Assembly: GCA_965202585.1 (NCBI GenBank)
Contig: OZ241827.1
Span: forward strand, 51,460,001-51,524,000
Source of the DNA: Thalia democratica
Taxonomy: Eukaryota
Direction of reading: 5' to 3'
Length of the DNA: 64,000 bases
Both the position numbers and the translations under genes were made by a program. This document shows positions 1 to 9,663 of this stretch, one piece after another. The notes beneath the pieces were generated by a model. The model saw only the letters and a program-made list of their open reading frames with translations. It had not been told where the DNA came from and did not search any database. Position 1 is the first letter of the stretch. Every line of letters starts with the position of its first letter.

Positions 1-2013
1 AAATAATATTTCAAAGTTTATAATAAACCTTACAAAAAAGCTTTAGTAATCTTAAACCGGATAAAAACAAAAAGTTTACAACTAAACTTATTTTTATATA
101 ACAAGTATTTAAACCTAACTTTTGAACATAAACTTAGTTATATAGTTTTACTTTTTGATTTATGGGTAGTAGGGCATAACGAAAAAGAATACAGAAAAAA
201 AAATTATTTTGTTTTAATTGTAAAAACTTTCTTTTAACTACTTTTGCACATGGTTTGTTGCGGCGATAAACATATAGCCAAAAATCACTGGAGCTTAGAA
301 TTTTACTTTTAAACAAAGTAATTTTTATTTAGTATTCGGATTTATTTTTTGCTATGACAAACTTTAGCTTTACTAAAATTCTTTTTTTTTTAATTAGTTG
401 AAAAGTAGTTAAAAGTTGTTAAATTAGGTTTACAATAGGTTGAAAAAAAAATTATCTAATAACTTGAAAAATTTAATACAAAGTTTTTATAAGCTTTTAT
501 TTGAAAATTAATGTTTTTTAAAAGTTTGAAAACACCTATTGCAAAAAGAATAAGTTAAATAGGTATTTCTTGGAGTAAGCAGTAAGCACCTATGATTTCC
601 ACGGCACGGAGGTTAGACTTAGAACAAAATATTTTTTACTTTGCTGAGTAATCTTAGTAACGAATGGGTTTTTTCTTAGTACGTTAATTTTCAGTCATCA
701 TGAGTTATTTATGTAATAATTAGCAAGTTTTAACACGTTAAATTGTACTAACAAAGCAATTCAAAACAGTTTTAAAGATTTAAAGAAACAAAAAAAAAAG
801 ATTTTTTGGTTCATTAATTGATATAATGTAAGCTTTTCTCGTGCACCAGGTCTTAGGATCAAATATTTTGAGCGCTTATTTTTTTCGTTCAATAAACAAC
901 AAAAATAACATTCTTTTGTTATATTTAGAATAAATAAATGGTTAATAAATGATCAATGAAAATCTACCTAAATATGTATATATGTATATATACATATGAA
1001 AGTAGAAAATTTGATGATTATAGTAACTTTAAAGCAACAAATAACAAAAGCCAAAATGTTCTCAAAGCATGGTGTTTGTATTAAAATTTCAAAAAACATA
1101 ATACTATGACCAGATGTTTCTAAGTTATAAATTATAACTTAGAGTTCTAGAAATAAAGAATTTTCAACAATAAATAAGCATTTACTTGTTTTAAAATTAA
1201 ATTACATACTAGAGTGATTGTGTGGCTATTTTCGTATTGAACTCTTGAAACCATGGTTAAAATTAATCAAATTCCAACACTTGTACATTATCAACTTATG
1301 CTTTTTATTGCATTTTTCAGAGTTGCTCAATTAAAGAGTGCAACAAGAAAAATGTGATACATGATCATAGAATTCGAAATCTTTGGAGGAGACGTGTGGT
1401 GCCAATGGTAGACTATGGTTTTCAAAGTTAATATTGGCAGTAATGGATTTTAAAGAGAGTGCATACCTTTTTTTTTTAGAATTAACTTCTATATTTATTT
1501 TAAGTAGAAAAAACAAAGTTCATTTATATTGATCTTAAAGTTAAATTTTATTTAAGTTCAAATTAAAACTTATCAAAGTTACTACAAAATATATGGTGTG
1601 AGGCTGATGACCAAAACATGTTTCTCCACACCAATCCATTGACCATAGTTGTGAGTAGTAGCAGTTCACATTTTTTGTTCTTTCTTTCTTACTATTTCTA
1701 ACTTAATCAAAGTATTTACAGTTTAAATACTAAATAATATTTAGTATAAAATGGTTAAACTACTTCCTTATTGTGTGTAATTAATCAGCGTAATATTTTA
1801 GTTTTGGTATATATTGATAAAAGTTATTATTGCAACGATATCACTTAAATATTTTTTTTTACTGTTGATTTTACTGAAAAAATTTTACGTTACTAAATAA
1901 CACTTTCATATAATAAATAAATTAATACTTAAAAATTAAACTATGCTAGAAAGTTAGTAGTTAAGGTTTGGAAATTTAAATTTGGTCAAAAATTTTGGTT
2001 CAATAGCATAACA

Positions 2014-2651
2014 TTGAGGCCATAGGGGGGTAGTTTTTTACAAATTGATCTTATTTTATAGAACTTTTTCTAAGCTTAAAGATGCTTTTCATCATTTTAA
2101 AAATTTTGAATTATTTATAGAGATATGACCGGTCAAAGTTGGGCTGCATAATAGGTCCCTTATGGGGAGGGAAAACTAAAAAAGCAAAAAAAGACTATTT
2201 TATTTAGAATCTATCTCCTACATTTTTTAAGCAATCTTCTTCAAACTTTCACAGTCTAATTTTTATACAATAACAAAAAAAAAACATTACTTTAAACACT
2301 AAAAAATTTTTAGTATTATTTTTAATTATTGAAATTCATTAGTTACGCTTTTTTCTTATAATATAAGGAACATTTCCTAAAAATTTGAAGAAGATTGCTT
2401 GAAAAATGAAGGAGAAGATAAATTTTTAGTGATTTTTTAAATTTCCCAGAAAATTGACCCCAAAAAATTTGCTATCCATAAGTTTGTATCGGAAATTTTT
2501 TACAAAAAATACAATATCTCAAAAATTAAATGACATTTTTGAATTCTATAAAAACTGGCTTGTAGTTTGTACCTAAAGCCTCTATATAAAAGCCAAAGTT
2601 AATTTTTGTAAAAAAAAGTGTTTTATACCCCCCCCCCCCTTATGGACTTAA
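2014..2651. mobile_element. Non-autonomous DNA transposon (MITE / foldback-like)
   Basis: Imperfect TIRs TTGAGGCCATAGGGGGG and CCCCC..TTATGGACTTAA; internal inverted pairs including a perfect 17-bp IR (2229-2245 / 2384-2400). Confidence 0.55.
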
Positions 2652-2854
2652 ACTTATTTGAAACTTGCCTAACTGTTAACTGTAGCTTTAATATACTTGT
2701 CTTTAAAGTACAGCCTTTTTATAACTTCTATAACTAAAACTGTTAACTAAACAACTGCAATACTTATAGGCGCTTAAACTAATTTTATAACTATTTATAA
2801 ATGACCACTTCTGAAAATAACTATGAATGAAAAGCTCTATTGATAAGAAAAGAC

Positions 2855-3604
2855 CTCCAATAAAATTTTTATGGTTTAAAAAACTAAAAATCCCTCTAAA
2901 AAACAAAAGAAGAAAATGAAATTAATTTAAGAAAAAGTATAAAACTTCATTCAGAAAACAGTGTTTTAAATTCAACAAAGGATCTTTCCCGTAATCAAAA
3001 AAAAACTCCAATAAAACTTACACTTACAAGGATTAAAAAAGTGAACTTCCCTCTTAGATTCAAGAGAAGAAAAAGAATGTAAATTTAAGAACTGGTTTAA
3101 GAAAAGATAAAAATCATCATTCAGAAAACACAGCTATAAATTCAACAAAGGATCTTGCCAGTAAACAGAAGAAAATAAAGAAAACTATTGGTAGGTTTTC
3201 AAATAAATTTTTCTATTAACTATTGCACAAATTTGAGTGTTTGTATTTATTAGTATGAAGTAGTAATTTCTTAAAAATTATATGTTTATTTGAGGCTTAG
3301 TTAATAAATACTATGATCAATTGAATAAAAAAAAAGTTATTTAAAAAAATTGAGTTAAAACAGTATAAAAAAATAAGATAATTTTAATGTATGGAGCTAA
3401 TTTTAGTTCATCTTGAAGAATACATTTAAGTATTTTTTAATAATTTTTCTATAATGTATGCATAAAACTAAAAATATTGATAGATGGATTTAAACTTGAT
3501 AAGCTTGATGACCCAAATGACAGTTTTGAACATTTACCTAGATATAGAATGAAGCCAAACCACCAATTGCCTTCATATATGCTGTTTCAAATAATCCATT
3601 TATT
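2855..3604 (+). pseudogene. Exon-like remnants of an unidentified gene (Lys-rich duplicated block to 3190; exon 3484-3604)
   Basis: ~160-bp degenerate tandem duplication (HSEN....NSTKDL twice) ending at donor G/GTAGGT 3191; a phase-compatible 121-nt open exon DGFKLDKLDDPNDSFEHLPRYRMKPNHQLPSYMLFQIIHL with AG and GTAAGT borders; the upstream block is frame-disrupted. Confidence 0.35.
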
Positions 3605-4890
3605 GTAAGTATAATCATTTAAAATTTATTTTTAGTATTGATAACTCAGTTGTTGTTTAACATAAAACTAAGAATTTCAGCTGTATTGAGTTAAAATAAG
3701 AATTTTGCTTTATTATCTGTGTTTGTAACTAAATGAAAATTAAAGACTTAAAATTTTCTAACATATGTAGGGCTTTAGTTCAATCAAATTAAATTAAGAA
3801 CTTAATGAGTAAACAACTAGTATTGTGCTCCATAATTTCAAGACTGTAGCTTTGTATTATTTTAAGTTAAACTATTAATATGGTTATTTAGAAAATATTT
3901 GTTTCAAAGAATCCTGTTATAAAACAATGCTTCACTCTATATCTATATATAATAACTAAGATCTTAAGTTATAATAAACAAAATTGTCACACATTTTTTT
4001 ATTTAACATAATTGCCTATGCATGTTTAATCAAAGTTTCTGAAGTCATTTATTACTTAAAAGTTTGTTAAAAAATTATTAATTTCATTTGCTACTGTTTA
4101 ATAAAACATAAAGTAATAACATAAGGTTAGTTTAATATTCGAATAAGTAAGATATCTTATAGTTTATACAACCAGATTTTTTGGTACTACAGTTTTTTTT
4201 TTTTTTGACTTTTGAATGATATATTATATATCAACATAGTTTAAATAAATTAAAATTTTTAAAAAGAGGGTTTGTTTTTTATCAAAACATTAAAGTTTGT
4301 TAAAGCCTTAAAACTATTGCAAATGTTGTATGACTGTGAATACAAAGTTGTTAAATATATTTAATCAGATATTTTTTATGTAAAGTAGCCTATACGCCTT
4401 TTAAATGCAAAACAGTTGAAAATTTATTGAAGATCATTGAATTTTTGACTGTATGAAAACAATGTGTTTCTTTTTTAACTAAATAATTTAATATAACTCT
4501 GAAAAAAACAATTTTTTTATTGCTGTTATTATATATATATATATATACATATATATTTATCTAATTATATAAAAACTATAATTTATACAGCTGTTTCATA
4601 CATGAAATATAAAGTTTATTATAATAGCTACAGTTTATTATAATAGTAAACAGAAATTTAGATTTTGAAAATTTGTATAATAATTGTGACGCAGTAATGA
4701 TACAGTTTATTGTACAGTTAGCTGGATTTGAAAATAATACGCTGAAGTTGTTAATTTATGCATTTTAGGAAAGTTTAGAAAGGTTATTTTAGAAAATTGT
4801 TTTAAGCTATTAGAAAAAACTTTTTGGACTGTTGGAAAAATGTTATAAAATATTCGTGTTTGCTGCTTAAATTTTGTTTTGTTTTAATAT

Positions 4891-5496
4891 TTAGTTGATT
4901 CTAATTTTGTTAAAAAAGTATTTTTGATAATGGATACATATGTTTTGTCTTTCGCTTTTCTTGTTTAGTGTTACGTTGTTATCTAATTTTTCGATTTCTA
5001 TTTTTTCTAAGTTACAAAGTTTGCAGCCGAATTTAATATTGAATTTTGATTTTGTCCTGTTTAATATTTCCCATTTAATTTTGTAGTCTGTATCGTTATT
5101 TTTTAAATTCCATATGTAGTTTGCTAGTTCTGTTGTGTGTCTTTTGTTAATATTGTTGAATGATGATTTGTGATTTCTGTATCTTTGTTTAAATGTATTT
5201 CCTGTGGATCCTATATACTGCTTTGTTGTTTTATTTGATGTTATTGTTGCTTTATATATTATATTTGACATTAGGCATTCGTTATTTAAAGGGCAAGGTT
5301 CTTTACGGCAATTACAAAGTTTATCTTTTATGGTGCTTTTATCGTCTATATTGTTTTTGTTTAATATTTTATTGTTGTGAGCTATTGTTTTACTTCTAAA
5401 ATTATTTGTACAACTGTAAGATATTTTAATTGTGTTTCGGTTGAATATTTTATGGAATGGGTGGTTTTTGTCAAATGATGTGGTAATCAGGTTTAC
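4891..5496 (-). CDS. PLE ORF C-terminal fragment: RT-EN linker plus GIY-YIG endonuclease (Neptune-like)
   Basis: HKIFNRNTIKISYSC, CNCRKEPCPLNNECL, IIYKA...YIGST..TFKQRYRNHKSSF, TELANYIWNLK, CKLCNLEK are typical PLE motifs. The first 19 aa of the ORF-track ORF come from the inverted copy and are artefactual. Confidence 0.9.
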   Translation of the reverse strand, partial: VNLITTSFDKNHPFHKIFNRNTIKISYSCTNNFRSKTIAHNNKILNKNNIDDKSTIKDKLCNCRKEPCPLNNECLMSNIIYKATITSNKTTKQYIGSTGNTFKQRYRNHKSSFNNINKRHTTELANYIWNLKNNDTDYKIKWEILNRTKSKFNIKFGCKLCNLEKIEIEKLDNNVTLNKKSERQNICIHYQKYFFNKIRIN

Positions 5497-5876
5497 AACT
5501 TTGTAATTGCCGTAAAGAACCTTGCCCTTTAAATAACGAGTGCCTAATGTCATTTTTGTACTTTACATTAATACACTAATACATTATTGTACTTTTTTAA
5601 CAAAATTAGAATCAACTAAATATTAAAACAAAACAAAATTTAAGCGGCAAACACGAATATTTTATAACATTTTTCCAACAGTCCAAAAAGTTTTTTCTAA
5701 TAGCTTAAAACAATTTTCTAAAATAACCTTTCTAAACTTTCCTAAAATGCATAAATTAACAACTTCAGCGTATTATTTTCAAATCCAGCTAACTGTACAA
5801 TAAACTGTATCATTACTACGTCACAATTATTATAAAAATTTTCAAAATCTAAATTTCTGTTTACTATTATAATAAA

Positions 5877-5942
5877 CTGTAGCTTACTGAGGAGTACATG
5901 AAATTTTATATTTCATGTATGAAACAGCTGTATAAATTATAG
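5877..5942 (+). ncRNA. Type I hammerhead ribozyme, PLE-associated form with palindromic helix III
   Basis: Stem I 5877-5886/5933-5942; core CUGAGGA 5887-5893; 11-bp stem II 5894-5904/5910-5920; GAA 5921-5923; palindromic helix III ACAGCUGU 5924-5931; cleavage triplet GUA, cut after 5932. Confidence 0.85.
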
Positions 5943-6430
5943 TTTTTATATAACTTATATAAGAATGGTATAACTTTAAGAAATTTCTATTTTAAAAAAC
6001 ATTGTTTGCTCTACGATTAAAGTTATTGTGTATGATCAACAGAGAAACAGCATTGTCATCACATGTTGATTACTTACTGCTAATACTGCATAATAAACTA
6101 CATGCACTCGCAATTGATTCATATTTTAAAAATATTAAATAACAAATTTTGTCAATACTGTTACATGAGGTTGAAAGTTTATCTTTTAAGTGATTTTAAA
6201 ATATGTTCAGTTTTATTAAAAACTTTTTTAAATGACTTGAAGCTTTTCAATAGAATTTTTAAATTATTGACCTTTTTTATAGTAAAAAGTGAATTATGAT
6301 AAGGTTAAGGTATATTAAATCAAGAATATAATTTCAAACCTAACTTAAGTGATCCATAATATTATTTTGCATAACATTAAAAAGCACCTTTTAGTAAACT
6401 TTTTTATTTTTAGATATTAACGTTTTTTTT

Positions 6431-7018
6431 CAGGGTTGCCATACTTTTAGGCTACTCATTTTACTTACAAAAATTTGACACTTTTGTCAAACTCTAGCAA
6501 AATCGAGCTAGTCAGAGTTTTTTTGATAAACTCAGCCTTTAAGAAAAATTTGCCAGTCTTGGGCTATTTAGATTTATTTTCATAACTCTCAAGCAATTTT
6601 TTTTACTTGAAATCCTTTTTTATTAAAAATTATGTTTTTATTGTGTCATTTTGTCAATATTTTGTTGTTTTTAGGTTTTTAAGCTTTGTTAACACAGGGT
6701 TTGCGACACCTTTAAATTACTAAGGATAAGTCAGGCTAGTTAGAACTTTTTTTTAAACTTAGGCCAACTCATATTACTTTGAACAATTTGAAAAAAACTC
6801 CTGCTAGTTTTTATATTTTTTTACAATCTCAGACTACTTTTTATTGCTTTGTTTTTTTTCAACATAATGTTTTTAAGTAATTTTGTTATTTTTAGTAACT
6901 ATAGGTTTTTAAGCTAGATTAATAGTACATTTTATATAACTTTAGCTCATATTAATTTTTATTTCAATAATCTTATGAACTCAGGCTAGCTTTTTTGCCT
7001 CAAAGAATGGCAATCCTG
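6431..7018. mobile_element. hAT-like MITE with internal ACTCAGGCTAG-type repeats
   Basis: CAGGGTTGCCAT ... ATGGCAATCCTG (1 mismatch); many degenerate (A)CTCAG(G/A)CTAG motifs; partial repeat of the 3' end at ~7075-7118. No TSD found. Confidence 0.5.
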
Positions 7019-7827
7019 TTAACAGTAATTTTTACTGCTTTTAGATTATATTAATTAGATTTTTCAATTTTTCCATAAACTCAGACTGGCTTTTTTGACT
7101 CAAAGAGTTGGAACTCATTTCTTTCTTACTGTTTTCAAACTTAACATGGATATGCTTTTCATTTTAGGAGCAGCATTACGCATATAACTCTGTTTTATTA
7201 CTATTTAGTATTACAACAGTTTTAAGCCATGTGTTCAGCATTGGAGAGTAAAAATGCATTTTGAAAAGCTTTGACTTTTTGCAATTTAATTAACCAACCG
7301 ACTTTAAAAAAGGCTTCTGTATAAAAGGTGTCACATTTTGATTTAAGTTTAATGCTGGTTATTTTTTGTAATATTTTACTAAAAGAATTTAATTTATCTA
7401 CTATCAACAATAAATTATTTTACTAAATGATTTTATTATAATGTACTTAATACTCATAGTTGAGTAAAATATTTAGACATTTTAAACTTTAAATCTATGT
7501 AAATTTATTTTTGTTTAAAGCTAAATTTGGGTTTATTTTTGATTACTTTTCCATATTAATGTTATAAAGAGTACAGTGGTGTTTTTTAAATCTTAAATTT
7601 ACCAGTAAGTATTATAGTCTTCATTTTTATCTTGTAAATCCTAAGTATGTTTTGAGTAGTTTAAGATTGTATTTGCTGTTATTAAAGAATATTTATGCCG
7701 TTTGTATCTACTTATAAACAATAGAATTGATGACTCTGCATATTGCTTAATATTTTCCAGTGGTTCCACTATATCTTAACAATTTTTCATTTAATAGTTA
7801 ATTTGTACTGGAAAATTTTTTTAAGTA

Positions 7828-8998
7828 CAGTGCTTCCTCGCTAATCCGGTCCTCGCTAATCCGGTTCCTCGCTAATCCGGTTCCTTGCTAATCCGGCCGG
7901 TTTTAGTCGAGAAGTCGACTTATTTACTTTAGCGTTTTTAGCGTTTAATTTCATTTTACTTCGAAAAAGTATTCAATTTACGTTTTATAAGTATGCAAGC
8001 AATTTATTGTTACGTCATAATAAAGTATCATTTGTATAATCTTAAGTTTTTTTTCATACTTTTCCGCTCAGTTGTAACAAACTTGTTTATTATTCATTTG
8101 CAATTTTTCTGTCTTTGCTAAGCAAGTTACACTTTAATATACTACAATCAACATATCTGGTTAAAAAATGGATTAGACAGCAAAGAAACGAAAATGCGTT
8201 CAACTAACAATTGAAAACAAGTTAAAAGTTTGCGAAATGGCAAACAATAATGTGCCTAAAGCTGTTATAATGAGCCAGTTTAACATTGGTAAGTCATCAG
8301 CTCTTCATTGAAAGCCATAGACCCTTCAGAAAAAACTCAAGACAACGAGTTTGTATAGCAATTTGCGAGATTAAATATCACATTTACAGAAGATAATATT
8401 CAAAGATGTATGAGTTGCGATGGTCCTGGATATGAGCATATGGACGAGCAAGGAATTGTTGAACTGGTTACTGGGGATAACAAAAAAGAGGCTGTTGAAG
8501 TTGTTGAAGATGAAATTGGTGTTTCCCAGCCTTCTAAGTGTCCATTTTCTCATGCTGAAGCCATGCAGAAAATGGACGATTACTTAGCTTACTATCGTTG
8601 CCAACCAGAAGCCACACCTGAAGATGTGTCAAAACTCATCCAATTTCGTGAGTTTTCTGCTAAGAAACGAGAAAGCACTGTAAAACAATCTTCCGTTCTT
8701 TCTTTTTTCAAAAAAAAATCTTAATTTAGTTAAAGTGTTAACAGTGTTGTTTTTTTGAACTTATAAAATTTTGTTTCGTTTAGTTTTGTCTGTTTTAATT
8801 CTTTTTTCTTTGAATAAAGTAGTGTAAATTAAATTAACAGTAATTTTATAGTACGTTTTGTTATATACATTCATAATATAACTAAAGTAGATAATTTGTA
8901 AAAAAAGCGATATTTTGTTCTTATCCGGCCAAAGGCAAATCCGGCCGTATTTTCAAAAAAATCTTGCCCAACTTGGCCGGATTAGCGAGGAAGCACTG
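7828..8998 (+). mobile_element. Tigger/pogo-family DNA transposon, internally deleted (DDE domain missing)
   Basis: Perfect 22-bp TIRs CAGTGCTTCCTCGCTAATCCGG, TA TSDs at 7826-7827 and 8999-9000. N-terminal CENP-B-like HTH remnant (KKRKCVQLTIENKLKVCEM...FNIGKS, ~8168-8300, early TAG) and Tigger-type C-terminus (ORF 8410..8724, ...KQSSVLSFFKK). Confidence 0.92.
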
Positions 8999-9329
8999 TA
9001 CTTTCAATCATAAGGTAAAATTTTCTACTTTCAGCTTTGTTGTAAACATAACAATTAATTATAAATAATAATAATAAGCAAAAACGTTTATTTTCTATGA
9101 CAAGCTGTACTTAACCACTGAGTTTTATTTTAACTCTACTTCAGTTGATATTGTACATTCTATTTGACAGCTAAATCTAAATTTAACCAAAAAAATAGTT
9201 CCTCCAACTAACTTTTCAAGTTACAGCTTCGTGCGTAAGTTTTTAGAATGCTTCAAAAACTATTTATTAACAAAAAATAGTAATACAAAGCATAAAATAA
9301 AATTTATTGAAACTCATATCTAAGAAAAC

Positions 9330-9663
9330 TAAGAATAAATTAGAACTAATTATTTTCTATATCACTTTCTTTCCTTTTGACTGGAAGTGTAATTCTTTCT
9401 CTGAAATTATTAACCATGACACACAGTATCTTTTGAGTTTAATATCTCATTCTTTCAAAAAAGGTGTTTTTGTTCAACACTTGGAAGAACAACAGAAGAT
9501 TTCTTTGCTTTTAACATAAACCATTAAATTTATACCAGACAATGTGGGAGGCCACACATATTCACAGCTATAATGTTGGTTTTACCACGTTTGAGTTTTA
9601 TTGAGGTTTTGAATGGTTCTTAATCTTGCCAAAAGGTTAAAAACTAGTCTTTGAATTTGAGAT
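9330..9663 (-). pseudogene. Decayed Tc1/mariner transposase, 3' part (continuation across the LTR insertion)
   Basis: - strand remnants TFWQD*EP (cf. TFQQDxAP) and WPPTLSGINLMVY (cf. WPPxSPDLNPLDY). Confidence 0.65.

Larger units (their letters stand above)
4565..5953. mobile_element. Penelope-like retroelement (PLE): two 5'-truncated copies joined head-to-head (inverted repeat)
   Basis: 4565-4920 and 5590-5953 are reverse complements (3 substitutions seen plus one indel block); GIY-YIG endonuclease ORF on the - strand; hammerhead motif in the 3' region; adjacent (TA)n at 4530-4556. Confidence 0.9.

Noticed and set aside
4787-4806. 20-nt match TTTTAGAAAATTGTTTTAAG between the PLE 3' region and the LTRs
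   Set aside because: Pure A/T-rich low complexity; plausible by chance in a window of this size and composition.
5193-5399. 68-aa + strand ORF sharing 17 aa with the PLE ORF start
   Set aside because: Artefact of the inverted duplication; both are antisense readings of the PLE CNC..CPL segment.
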